Assembly (NCBI GenBank): GCA_052426225.1
Contig: JBNJNM010000012.1
Location: 496,001-560,000, forward strand
Length of the DNA stretch: 64,000 nucleotides
Reading direction: 5' to 3'
Source: Zancudomyces culisetae HAW-14-8
Taxonomy: Eukaryota; Fungi; Kickxellomycota
Below are positions 47,620 to 60,579 of this stretch, piece after piece (the stretch's first letter is position 1; the number at the start of each line of letters is the position of its first letter). The notes under the pieces were generated by a model. It was not told the DNA's origin. It was given only the letters and a program-made list of their open reading frames with translations, and did no database searches. Position numbers and translations under genes: made by a program.

Positions 47620-47900
47620 TTCAGTTCAGTTGTTCCTTAGTATATTTGATCTTGTGGATTCTTTGATTTTTCTTTCAGCATTAATGTGTTCTATTGGTAC
47701 CCATGATTGTTCGGATTGGTCGAATCCTATTCAGTCCACGAGATAGTATAATTTGTTCTATACCAGTTTCGAGTCCAGAATGTATTAGTACTTCCTGTTC
47801 TTCCTGGCCAATGACTATTATTGGTGGAGGTGGGACTGGAATACGGCCAGGGATAGTGTTTTGTTTGTACTTAGACAGGAGAGATACGTGGAAAGTTGGT
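47620..47900 (-). pseudogene. Chromovirus integrase C-terminus/chromodomain relic
   Basis: PTFHVSLLSKY...PPPPII..GQEEQEV. Confidence 0.7.
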
Positions 47901-48135
47901 GTATCAGAACGAGTTTTCTTGAATATACATGTAGTAATTCTTAGGGAATTAAAACAAAGCATTAACCAAATGATTGTGTAGAATTTAAATACTAAATATA
48001 ATCAGGTAATATGATGTAACATTATTGGCTGTTATAGTTTGCACCAGGCTGCGGATTTCTACAGCGTGTTCAAAGGCTAAACGTCTTCCTTGGCGGCCTG
48101 GTTTAGCTGCTGGAGCGCCCTTGTTGTTCTGCCTG

Positions 48136-48912
48136 TGTCACAGAACGAGATTTATTGAATATACAAGTTGTAATTCTTAGAGAATTACAACGAAGCATAG
48201 ACGAAATGATTAAATATAAGATAAAATATGAAGATTAATTATGGGTAATAAGAAGTAATATTATTGGCTATAACATTACTCCCCACCCAAAAAGTATTAA
48301 AAGTTTTCTTTTAAACTACCAGTCAAGTAGTGAAATTTTGTATTAAATTAGATATTTTTTTAATATATATATTGTGTTATATTTAATAATATATAACAAT
48401 CGAATAAAAGTTTATTCGACTTAAATTTATTAATCGAAGCTAACGTTGAGAGCCATACCATTCGGTAATTTGCGAATCAGTACCGGCTTCCTAAAGGAAA
48501 TTTAGAAGAGGTGGGAGGCTCTGGTGCTCGCTTGCGCTTGCGCACATTGGCCGCCTATAACCCCACATTCTTACCTGCTGATTCGTCTTCTCCCTGACAA
48601 TCTTACAGTTAACTCGCTTATATATTAAGCGAGTTCATTCGATTTTAATTTTTCATTTCAGGGGGAAGTTGGCTATTTATACTTTTTTTGAAAATTTAGA
48701 AAAAAAATTTTCAAATATTAATAATTTCCAACTAATCTAGACTGATTAACTAGGAGTTGGAAGAATTACAAAATGTCACAGAACGAGATTTATTCAATAA
48801 ACAAGTTGTAATTCTTAGAGAATACAACGAAACATAGACGAAATGATTAAATAGAAGATAAAATATTAAGATTAATTATGGGTAATCAGATGTAATATTA
48901 TTGGCTATAACA
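48136..48912 (-). mobile_element. Complete non-autonomous miniature LTR element (TRIM), 777 bp
   Basis: ~140-bp LTRs (48136-48275, 48774-48912). 5-bp TSD GCCTG. PPT GGGTGGGGAGTAA. Self-complementary PBS TTGTAATTCTT. No ORF. Confidence 0.9.
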
Positions 48913-48916
48913 GCCT

Positions 48917-49256
48917 GGGTCTGAGAAGAATTTCTTGAGCAGAACAAGAAATTTATCATACACCTTGGTTTCCCCTGATTCTTTTGCTATGAAGATGTCG
49001 AACCACTTGGAAGTTGTTCCTGAAAGGTAGAGCGTTTGAACCATATTTTTACATGGTCAGTTCCAAATATGTCGGATCTAGCCCAGAACTGGTTTTCTAT
49101 TGTGGAGAGGAAGTCATGGAATTTTCCTGGGTCTCCATTGAATTTCTCAATACCTGGCATCCTGATTTGATAAAAGTTAAATATTGTCTGGCTCGGAGTT
49201 TTGTGGGTTAGACTCTGTATTATTTGTAATGTCTCGGCGCTAGCTGGCAATTTCAT
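48917..49256 (-). pseudogene. Retrotransposon gag relic interrupted by the TRIM
   Basis: MPGIEKFNGDPGKFHDFLSTIENQF resembles a Ty3/gypsy gag N-terminus. Confidence 0.6.
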
Positions 49257-50238
49257 ATTGATTAAAACGTTAAGTCTAGGATTAACAAGATTTTACAACT
49301 GTTTGATATACATTTGGTACTATAATTAAATGGTTCTTAGTCAAATATAGTATTCTAATATTTACATTATTAATAAAGTATCGGGTATATCATAATATTA
49401 AAATATTTATTTATATACGAATGGTTAATTTTTTTGTTCAATACTTGTAAGAAAATTTATTGTATATTAATTTTCGTATTATTAACTAGTTGATTTAGTT
49501 TTTATAGTAAAATTAAATACTATAAACATGCTTATTTTAAGTATATAATCTTGTTTTCGCATTTTATACCAGTCAATTACAAATACTAATTGTTTAAAAT
49601 TTTAGTTATTTAATGTAAAAAATTTTATATTAATAGTTAATTAATATGAGTAGCACAAATTATATATCTAAATAGTGTTAATTGTTCAGTGTAATAATGT
49701 ATTGTATTTATTTTCATGTATTATACCCAAATAGGTTTAATCAATAAAAGTAAATTCAATACTACAATCTCAAAAATGCAGTTGCACTTTAGTTTATTCA
49801 TAAAACACTTTTGTTTGATATTTTGTTAAATTATTTCTAGTATATGAAATTATTACTAATATAAATTAGCTCCAATCTTATAAAAAAAATTTATAAGTCT
49901 AGATGATGTTATTATCACAAAATGACTTTATTTTATTACTTTATTATTTCCATTTTTTATTAATACATAATGAAATATAATTTAAATGTTAAATAGAAAG
50001 AGAAATTGAATTGAAAAATAATTTAGAGGTTCCAATTTTTTTTGATCAAGAATTTTTTTATAAATTTTTTTAGTAGATCAAAAAAAAATTTTTAACGTTT
50101 TAGTTGTCCAATCCTCTTTAACATTCAAAAAAAATTTTAGAACAAAATTTGTCAAGTCAAAAGAAAATAAATCAACTTCAAATTTTTGTTAACAAATTAA
50201 ACAATTTAACAAATCAGTCCCATTATACCTAACTCAAA

Positions 50239-52889
50239 ATGGCGGAATTCGAGTTTAAAGTGAATGAAAAGTATGCTGCAGAGTATGATGCAAAGAAAAG
50301 AAAAGAGGAGTTGACCAGACGTAAGTACTCATATGTTAATTAAACTAATGTGTCTATTCGAGTCGAATCTTAAGAATAAATATGCCATGAAATTAAATAG
50401 TTAGGGAAATGTACGAGGGGGCGGAAAATGTCGAGGAAATGAAATTGTTACGTGCAGTTGCGAGACAGAAGCGCTATGGAAAGGTCGGAAGTACTGTTTT
50501 AGAATATGTGTCTGATAGTGACGATGAGGATATGAGTAGCAGCTCAGAAGAGGATGAAGTAGGAGAGATTGCAACACCGCAAATAGATTTGCAGATACTC
50601 AAGACATTGGAAGCTATTAAAAAGAAGGACGATAGCATTTACGATCAAAAAACTAACTTTTTTTCTGGTAGGTTTCTTGAAAATTTTATACTTTTTATTA
50701 TTGTATGCAGTAATTGCAAAACTAAAATGTATGCTGTAATTAAATAGAGGAGGAAATAAAAGAAGCCGAGCGAAAATGGAAAGAAAAAAGAAAGCAATTA
50801 AAGGAAGAGTCATTGAAGAACAAGCCAATGTTTATGAAAGATTATCAAAACAAAATACTGTTGGAAGATGGAGGAATAGTTGATGAAGAAAAGGAGCTGG
50901 AGGGTGCTAAAAAACTAACTTTTGCTGAAGAGCAGGCTTTGCTAAAAAAATCCTTTAATGTAATCATTCAATTTATTTTTTTTATCGAAATTCAAGATTT
51001 CTTCGAATGGTGAGTCTTAGTTGAAGGACTGAATATATAGTGAATTAACGTTATTTGAAATAATTACTAATATAGGTAGATTTAGATGACGAAGACGACG
51101 ATCAGGAAGAAGGCGATCTTTTTAGCAAAAAAGTCAAGTCAGAGAATGAAATTCAGCAAGAGGAGGATGATTACAAACAATTTCTTATAGAGAATTTGGG
51201 CGTAAGTTGATGTACATACTGTTTTTTGCAAATACCTACCATGTATAAATTTTTTTAATTTTTAATCTAATATTTTATGTACTTAGGGGAAAAACTCGTC
51301 AGCCGCCCTCGAAGAATTAGACTTTTTTAAGGACAGCAAAACGGATCCAGACAAGGCTTTTCTTGTAGAGTAAGTTCATAATAACGGTTATTGTTTGGTT
51401 TATTATATATAAATACTTTTAAATTACAAATTGATATTTACAACCTACAAAATAGTTATATTCTAAATCGAGGCTGGGTAGAAAAGGAAAAAAGGAGACC
51501 AAACTATGAACAGATAGTCAATGACGAACTTGATGAGGTAGTTGAATATGAAGCCGAGACATTCGAGTCACAATTTGGGCATAGACACCAGGAGCCTGGC
51601 GGTACCTCTATCCAGACACATTCACGTACTATTGATGATTCGGTTAGACGCGAAGATAATAAACGCAAACTTGCTCGTAATAAAGTTGCTGAGCGTAAGA
51701 AGCAAGAAAAGGAGCAAAAGTTTGAGGAACTAAAGCGGTTGAAGAATTTGAAGAAAGCTGAAATTATGGAAAAGCTTGCCGTTATTAAGGAAATAACGGG
51801 TAACAAAAGTAAGTTTTGCACTTGTATCTTTTACTATTATGAAATATTTACACTTTTGATATCACAATCAACTATTATACTTGTAAATATAGATATCGGC
51901 TTTGGGGAGATTGACCTTGAAGGGGACTATGATCCTGATAAATATGACACCCAGATGAATTCCGTGTTCGGAAATGACTATTATTTACAGGTAACAATCC
52001 AGCTCGCTATAAACATGACTATTTTGTAGTTACTATAAACAACTCTTGACAGTCAAGCTCATTTTAATTCTTATACAAATTTTTATTCTATTTTTTTACG
52101 CTAACCCTATTTATAACTTATTTATTGTTTACTAGGATGATAAAAAGAAACCCCAGTGGGATGATGACATTGACATCGACGACATAGTTGCTCCTAAGAA
52201 AAAGTCTAAAAAATCAAAGGATAAGGGGAAATCAACCGAGCCTGATGTAGAGATGGATGCCGACTATCTTCCTGGAGGCGAAATGTACGATGAAAGTAAT
52301 GGGTTGAGTGAAAGCCATCAAGAAGTTAGCTTGGACGATGATCAACATAAAGAACAACTAAAAGCTGCACTTGATGAATATCATCAGTTGGATTATGAAG
52401 ATATAATTGGCGGAAACATCCCCACTAGGTTTAAATATCACAATTCCAAGTCCATTGATTATGGTCTCACTCCTGCAGAGATTCTTTTGGCAGATGAAAA
52501 AGACCTAAATGAGTACTACTCTTTGAAAAAGCTTGCACCGTAAGTATAATCAATAATTTTCGTTTGGATGCACATTTTTTTTAATGATCTCTGCGTATGT
52601 ATAACGAACAGTGATCCTACCCAAACAAAAAATACATTTCAATATAGAAAAGGTCTAATTTGGATGTCATAAATTCTATTTATATAGGTTCCGGCCTCAA
52701 CACAAGGCTTCCAGTGATTTGGCTAAGACCGAATCGAAGAAGAGAAAATATATGTTGAAGCTGCTCAAAAAGAATTTGTCTCAGAACTACAAAGCCTGGG
52801 AACAAGAGTTTTCAGCCTACAATAATGCCAATAGCAGTAATAACTCCCATCATGGTACCAATAAAAAAAAAAGAAAATCCGCAAACTAA
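50239..52889 (+). CDS. KRI1: KRI1-like 40S ribosome biogenesis protein (multi-exon)
   Basis: N-terminal FKVNEKYAAEYDAKKRKEEL, YILNRGW, SVRREDNKRK..., EELKRLKNLKK, DYEDIIGGNIPTRFKY, GLTPAEILLADEKDLNEYYSLKKLAPFR. GT-AG introns, the first at 50321-50400. Confidence 0.93.
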
Positions 52890-53430
52890 GTTTACATTAT
52901 GTTGACAAATTATTTTAATTCTTTTTTGTGGGTCACATTATTTGGCTGAACACTTTCCTCCTTTATTTTTTTTACGGCTAACTTACTATTTATCTACTCA
53001 AACTTATAATATAGTTTATTTTTTGTTTAAATGAACTTTAAATATATTTCTTGTTTATATTTAATTATTATCTTTTATTTAAATATTTCTAAATAATCTC
53101 AAATTCCAACTTAATCTAGAATGCTGACTATTATGCGTGGGTTCTGGCACTAGTATTGTTCGATGACACCTAGGTTAAGTTAGGAACTTCCCATAATACT
53201 TTTTTAAAACACAATATGATATTTTATTTGGCAAAATAGTTTTTATAGTCAATTTATTTAACTTTTACTAAATAATGTCATTAAATCCATATACCTTATT
53301 TAGTAAAGTTGGAAACAAAAAGTATGATATTTTTAGTTATAAAATTTCTACATATTTTTGAAAAAAAATAATAATAATTTAAATATTTACGAATACATTA
53401 CTGTTTACAAGCATGTAATTTATATACCCC

Positions 53431-54453
53431 CTAATTATAACATCCGCTCTCAATTGGGGTAGCGCTGGGGTCAAGTACAGGTAAAATCTTTTTGTAGTTT
53501 TCAAATCTCTTTTTAGCCTTTGCTTGATAGGCTCCACGGCACTCTAGTGCACCATTAATCATATTTGTCGAACTACCAAACTTTCCTGCCATTACACCGG
53601 GATCGGTTCTAACACGATCTCTCCAGAACCAAAAGCTTACATCCCATGCGGTTTTCTCATCGGTTCCGACGGTTTCTGGGTTCTTCAACAACCTGTCATC
53701 ACCATATAAAGCCTTTGATGCCGCTTGGTAGTTTGCAGCCCATGTTAGTTGGATATACCCACGACCATAGTAGATTTTCCCAGGAACATCCAATGGTGAC
53801 CCGTAAGCAGCCTTACAATCATTTGTCTTGCAGTAATATTCTTCCTTTGCTCTTAAGCCATCTGATTCCCACAGAATTTGTGTCAAAAACATGGCGGCTT
53901 CTCTCAAACTTGCTATTTTTCCGGTTGGCAAACCAGCCAAAAATGCTTTACATTGTGCTTCAGTTGGCTTGGGATAACCTGCAGCCTGAACCGCATTGTA
54001 AAATTTATTACAGTCAATGTTAAGTCCACCAGCTCCTTGAGCGGCTGAACTTGCTCCAGTTGATGATGATGATCCTATTGATGTACTTGGTCTAGGACGA
54101 CATGATGCTTGTTGTCTTCTGTATACGTTTCCTTGCATATTTTGGGGAGAGGCATAGCTTGGTTGTCTCTGGGCGACCGCAACCCTTCTATATACCATTT
54201 GCTGCATTTGGTTTGGTATTTCCTCTGCCCATTCATATCCTGGACCCTCATTCTGAATGTTGTTTTCAATATTGCTATTTTCTGATATGTCTTCTTGAAG
54301 ATTGCTGAACTTTTCGACGCGATCACGTCTCTGATATCCTAGTTTTCCACTAAGTGCAAATTTGTTGTAGTCTCCACCAAGTGGAGCAGGCATTCCGACA
54401 ATGGATGATGAAAATGCTAATGCAGATATACCGGCTACTATTCCTTTGTACAT
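53431..54453 (-). CDS. Secreted glycoside hydrolase family 19 chitinase, intronless
   Basis: Signal-peptide-like N-terminus and Ser-rich linker. GH19 motifs AAMFLTQILWES..., YYGRGYIQLTW..NY, SFWFW, INGALEC. Confidence 0.9.
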   Translation of the reverse strand: MYKGIVAGISALAFSSSIVGMPAPLGGDYNKFALSGKLGYQRRDRVEKFSNLQEDISENSNIENNIQNEGPGYEWAEEIPNQMQQMVYRRVAVAQRQPSYASPQNMQGNVYRRQQASCRPRPSTSIGSSSSTGASSAAQGAGGLNIDCNKFYNAVQAAGYPKPTEAQCKAFLAGLPTGKIASLREAAMFLTQILWESDGLRAKEEYYCKTNDCKAAYGSPLDVPGKIYYGRGYIQLTWAANYQAASKALYGDDRLLKNPETVGTDEKTAWDVSFWFWRDRVRTDPGVMAGKFGSSTNMINGALECRGAYQAKAKKRFENYKKILPVLDPSATPIESGCYN

Positions 54454-57400
54454 TTTTTACGTTCCTTTTATGTTATCTTTTTTTGAATTGGAGTCTGAGT
54501 GATGTTAGTATATTGTTCTAACGCTGGCTATGTAAGTGTAGTGAATACTTTGAGTTTTTTTATTTTAATGCCTTTTTGTTATTGCTTTATGAGGATCAAA
54601 ACCTTATAATAACTATTTATCCTTTGTTATCGGTATTTGTGCTAAGGGTATATGCAATGGTCAGCTTGAAGGTCTTTAGTTGTGAGGTTCATGGCTGGGT
54701 TTATATACATTTTCATGTCAGCTTTTTTGTAACATGTTATTGTTATTGCACTAGTTGTTACATACTTTGCTCTTAAGTGACGCTTCTAATAATTTCATAT
54801 TGAAATTAATAGTGAGTTGGAGTTACCAAATAGAGAGGAAGGTGGACTAGAAACCACTAATCTAGAGGGCTAGTATCGTTCAACTGCAATGACTATAGCT
54901 ATAGTTTAGCCACTATTTAAAAATCGGGATGTGTCATAAAAACATACAGCCTCCTCGCTCACTCCTCATGTTCTCGAAGCTTTTAAGTTCTGGTCTCTTT
55001 GTTTTTTTTTTGTTTTTTTTTTCCTAAGCCTCGCATTTGAGTCTGATCAATACTCTGCTGTCTATTATGGTATTTTGCCAAAATAGTTACTAAATTTGAA
55101 GGGTTAAAATATACTAGCAAGCCTTCTCCAATTTGCATTGACACCAAATATCAAACACCCTGCTAATAATGTTCTTTTTTCTCCATCATTTCTGGAATTG
55201 GATTAATTTTTCAAGGCAGCTAATTGATTAGCCGAGAATGATCGCGCTGAGGGATTTACAGCCTTAGCTTGATCTGAGATCCGCTAAATTAATAATGCTT
55301 CAAGTTTTATTGGAAGGAAAGTTGGGAAGAGCCATTGGATTTTGTGGACTGTTAAAGTAATTTATAAAATTGGAAATAATCTAGGTTTGCGCACAAACCG
55401 GGGATAAAGGTATTAAAAAGCTGAGCTGTAGCGCCTAGGATGGGGTTAAAGGTCTTAGCTACACTTCAACACTTTTAATAACGGAGAAACAGAATACTGG
55501 AAATAAATATAGCGGCTAAATCGCTTAGTAAAATAAATGGGATTGACTATCACTGTTTTTCTTTTGTTTTTAGAGTGGGGTTCTGTATAAAGTAGGTTTA
55601 CCGACTGTGATCCTTTGTATTTCTGGATTCGCTATGATAGAAAAAACCCATACTCTTGTCTCCAAATAAATGTGACAATGTTAACTAACATTGGTAAGAT
55701 AAAAAGGAGGTAAATAGCAATTTCAGTCAACAAGATGAAAAATGAACTAGCCAGACACTAGATATTCTACATTTTGTATTTTTAGTGGAAACCAAATCTT
55801 TTTTTACTCTGGAAATAAATAAATGTGAGAGAAATGAGGGGTTGAACTAGCTTTCATCGTCTGTGTATATCGATAGGTTTCTTGTCGCCATTATTGTGTT
55901 TTTTCTCTATTATCCTTTGTAATCGTCTAGAACCTATAATTACCTCGACTAGTAGCTACAAAGTATATTGGTAGGCTAACTGCAATAGTATTTTTGAAAG
56001 AATAGTAAATAAATTTCTAGTATTCAACTCTGTTGTTAATTATTAAAAAAATATGTCACAACTGAAGTTATGGCATACCGATTTATAGGAACGTTTTGGT
56101 ATGGTATTGGGGCTAGTGTAGGCTCTGATACCTACTTAACGTTAGGCACTGAGTAGCAAGCTATAATGCTTTAATTATAATTAACCAAAGTTATAAAAAC
56201 ATTTTGAGGTGAGACTGAGGGTTACTGGTATTGTTTATCTTACAGGCTCATTCATTCGTTTGAGAAAAAAAAAGGCATCAAAAGCAATTAGTATTTCAGG
56301 CTTACCCAATGAACTTCTGCTGATGCCTAAGTAATGTATTAAAATGATTCCTAACCTTAATGGTTGGTATCAAGCTACCTTTATTTTAAAACCTCGAAGC
56401 ACATATTTTGCTATAATTCTGGCACAAAATACTGGTATCGTCACACTGTGTTGAAAATGGTAGTAGTATTTACTTTACCAAAGCCTATAGATGTCATGAA
56501 AGCTAGTGGTATGATAAGCTAGTGGTATGATAAGCTAGCCCAAAGAGGGACATCTATAATAGTTGTACTAAATACAACACTTTAAGCCATACGTATATAA
56601 CTATGATTTTAAGAGCTACGCTAGCTATTTTATCGCACAAGTATGTCATGTGGTATACACTGTTTATTTTTTTTTAAAAAAATAAAAGCTTTAATAAAAC
56701 TGAAATGAGAGAAACTAATAAAACTACTCAGGAGGTGCTCATCAGGTTAATTATTTAAGCTTACTTGATGATGATAGTAAATATATTAATATGCTAAAAA
56801 AGGGGAAATAACTTTAATTTAATTTTTTTTCGTAAATAGGTTTCAAAAAGGGATAAAATGTTATAAAATTAAATTTTGTGTGTTGTTTTTCAAATTTAAT
56901 GGGTTTTTTTATATATAAAAACAAAACAGGCGAATAACCAGGTGTTTAAAATGCGATACTCGATCTGTTATAAAATGACATGTGTTTAAAGTTGGCGTTT
57001 ACGCAATTAAAGGATGAGTATCTGCTGATTGTCTCGAACTATTTTTTGTTGAGTTTTCTGAAGATATTAAACAAAACTAAGTATGAAATATTAGATGATG
57101 CAATACTGTATGTATTTCAATAAATAGTGTAAAGTTGATATCCAATCTCTAAATTATCTAACCGGTGGCCACCTGCAACTTTTTTTTTCTTCAAAGTAAT
57201 GGGGTACATGTATTTTTATAATTATGTTTTAAACCTTGCTAATGATATATAAGTGGTATACACTCATCACAAGGCATATATACATTCGCAATTTACTCAC
57301 GTTTTTCCATGTAAGTGTAGTATGAGCACAAGAAATGAAGGTTCACTAAATAATTTTTAAAAACCGAAAAATTAAAGTGGAAACCGGATTAAAAGTTATA

Positions 57401-58801
57401 ACATATCAAACACAAATTTGGTGTCACGTTTATCTCAACTCCAACTAAAAGGAACATCGAGGTAGCTGAAATTTGAGTTTTTTGACTCAGCAGCTAATTT
57501 GAACCAATAATAATCCTAAATCTCGCGAATTTTCTCTTTACAAAGTGTGATCAAGAAAAAAATTTAAAAAATTTAAAACATTTATAGCCTGCCATCAAAC
57601 CTTGCGGCTTTCAAAAAGAAGCATGTATTGATCACGGTACTAAACTCAAGCTGTACTTCAACACTTCCTCCATATAGCATAGGATTTCTATTATTAGCAG
57701 AATATCACTGCTTTTTGTATGATGCTGTATGTGTATATTTCGGTAACGCTAATGGTATGGAGCGTGGAAAACATTAGATTACAAGCATAAAGATGATCTA
57801 CTTTTTTGTTCGCACCAGCGCATAAAACAAAGCTATTTTTTATGAACACAGGATTTGCACTACTTTTTTAAAAAGATGAAAAAAAGTAAGAAATACCTGT
57901 GATTTTTAATGGGGTCAAGTCTCTAATTTTGCTACTATCAATTCAAATAATCTCAGGCTTCAAGTGCGTACTGGGTGTTGCCAATAAACGCATTTATTAT
58001 GTTGATTATTTATTGAGATTAGATAGTGTTTATTCATAAGAAGTATTTATACTTCATGTCTTGACAAGTTACTGTAATTCCTTTCAAAATTATAAATTAA
58101 CAGTTATTATTAAGTTTATTAAAAACAATATAGCAAAAAAATTAATACGAATATCATTAAAAAGTCAAATTTACTAATACTAAAATGGAAATGGACTGTG
58201 ATGAACATTGTGTCAACTTGACTGAAAGCGAAATAGATTTAGTCAACATTTATCGTAACTTTAATCAGTAAGTGCATATGTAAATATAATATAATACATT
58301 CGATACACTCTTCACCCCCCCCCAATAACGACTTTAGCCTATACTCAACAAAATAAATAATCAACTTTCGAATAAGGCAGTAATTTAATAATTTAAACTT
58401 TCGTGTTGTGAAATGTGTTTCAGATTATGGGTGGGCACCGTTTAGGAATAGATCTTTAGATAGCTTGAATCTACCGACTGAAACCATAACCAGGTTGATT
58501 TTATGATACCTCTATTGCTGATGTGTTTTAGTTTTTTTATACATTTGGCATCAATACTATATGTTGTGGTCGGTTTATTTAAATTTTATTGTGATGTAAG
58601 AACCGATTAATAACTCTCATTACACTTTGCAACCAGTAATGAAAGGCCCAGCAAGTAAAATTTTTTCCTAAATGTACGCAAAAAAAAAAAACAACAATGA
58701 AACAAAGCAAAATGCAAAATGCAACTATTATGGCTTTTCAGCTTTTTTATCCAGCTAAACTAGAAACATAATTAACATTAAATTTTCATACATCATTTGC
58801 A

Positions 58802-60579
58802 ATGAATTTTAGTTTCGCTAGAGGAAATTTCGAAAGAATTAAGAGTAGAGGCTCCGAGGGCCCTATGGACGTGGATTCGAAGGAGGGATCCAGCGATTGG
58901 CTGAAAATGGAGAGTAATGATGAGCCTTGTAGAAAGAGTAAGTTAGAATGTTTTAACAAAATTTAACACCATTTTTCTTTGGCGTTATATCTGCATGTTT
59001 ATATGAATATTTCCAAAACCAGCTTGGATTGAAACGAATAAATAGGACACTTTTCAGATAGAGTAGAGAAGACGAATGCAAAGGATAAAGATAATGCGAA
59101 GGACGAAAATGTAAATGAACACAAAACGATTTTCGGCATAGGAGGACCTTTTTTGTTTTCCGCCCCACAAGCTAAAACAAACGAATCGGAAAAATACGAA
59201 CAGGAGTATATTAAGCCGCGAGTTAGGAGTCAGGATCAAAAGCCTATATCCGCAAATGTGGCAAAAAAAGTTAGTAAAAGTCGATTAGAGGTTTTAAATC
59301 AATCTTCAAGTTTTGGGGAAACTAGAGCTCGTAATAAGACGAAAAAAAAGGGGATTTCGAAGGAAATGGAAAAGATGGACTTAAATTATACGAGCAGATC
59401 TAAAAGCGAAAGCGTAAAAGATATCGAAGAAGTCGAAAGCAGTACTACTGAAGACGAGCCCATTTTAAACAGAGTGGTACGTTCAGGTGATAAACGTAGT
59501 AGTAAAAGTGTGTCACGAGGGCTGGGGCTCAAGAATTTACAGATTCACAAGGATATCCCATTCGTTGTAGCTGGGTAAGCGTGAATTAGTTTACGTATCT
59601 ATTTCTAGCTATGTACTAATACGGAAAATAGTTGAGAATATTTATATTTTATTATAACCATATAGATACGTGCAGCTGTTTTTCAATATATTTATGGCAT
59701 TTGCTGTAGTTGTAATTGTATTATTGTTGGTAAAGGAGATTGGTGGTGATATAGAACGAAAAGTTCAGGAGTACTCAGTAGGTAAGTGTTCAAGATAACA
59801 CCTTGGAGATAAGTTATTGATAATTTTTTATAATGAAACTTAATAGAAATCGTTCAAGAGATCTCCAAGTGCACTAAAGATTACATAATGAATCAGTGCG
59901 ATCCCCTAACTAGGGTCCCAGCAATGGAGAATGAGTGCTTAAGATGGGAAGCCTGTATGAATCAGGACCCTAAAGTTGTTGCAAGGTGATTAACCCAATA
60001 TTTGTAATATCTTATCGATGTATTTTTTATCTTTGAAAGTTCCTTTTTTATATATTGCTATAATTTCTCTATTTCAAATTTAACGCTAAATGTATTTCTT
60101 CTTTTAATTATAGAGCACGGATATCTGCCGAGACAATAGCCGAAATCATTAACAGTTTTATTGAGCCTATTTCTATTAAAACAATGGTAAGATATTATTT
60201 TGGTTCCTGCGTCCATGAAACAATTATTTGCCCCTTTGACATTATTTTTTAATATACTTATATTATGGAAAGCATCTTTTAAACTAAACAAATAAAAATA
60301 TTATAGGTGTTCTTTTTGATGTTATTTTTTGGAACTCTTTACATATCAAACTCGGCATTCAGCACTTATCGTAGGAGAAGAGCTCAAAATCACCAATCGG
60401 ACGTACCATTTCCCAATGCTAGCCCTGGAGAATATTTTTTCTCCAAACCATCGGGCTCTTTTGCACATGACAGCCTTCATTCCAGCTATGCAAGAGCACT
60501 TTCCACTAATTGGCCCGATGAGCATCCCCCATCATTCGAACGGCAATTGAAGGAAAAAAATGCTTTCTTGGCCTACTAG
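58802..60579 (+). CDS. BRR6: Brr6/Brl1 nuclear envelope protein (multi-exon)
   Basis: PMDVD N-terminus. Two hydrophobic segments flank the four-Cys domain CTKDYIMNQCDPLTRVPAMENECLRWEACMNQDP...AETIAEIINSFIEPISIKT. Confidence 0.88.

Noticed and set aside
56499-56538. 16-bp tandem duplication AAGCTAGTGGTATGAT (and a 21-bp one near 36050-36095)
   Set aside because: Two-copy slippage duplications with no further structure.
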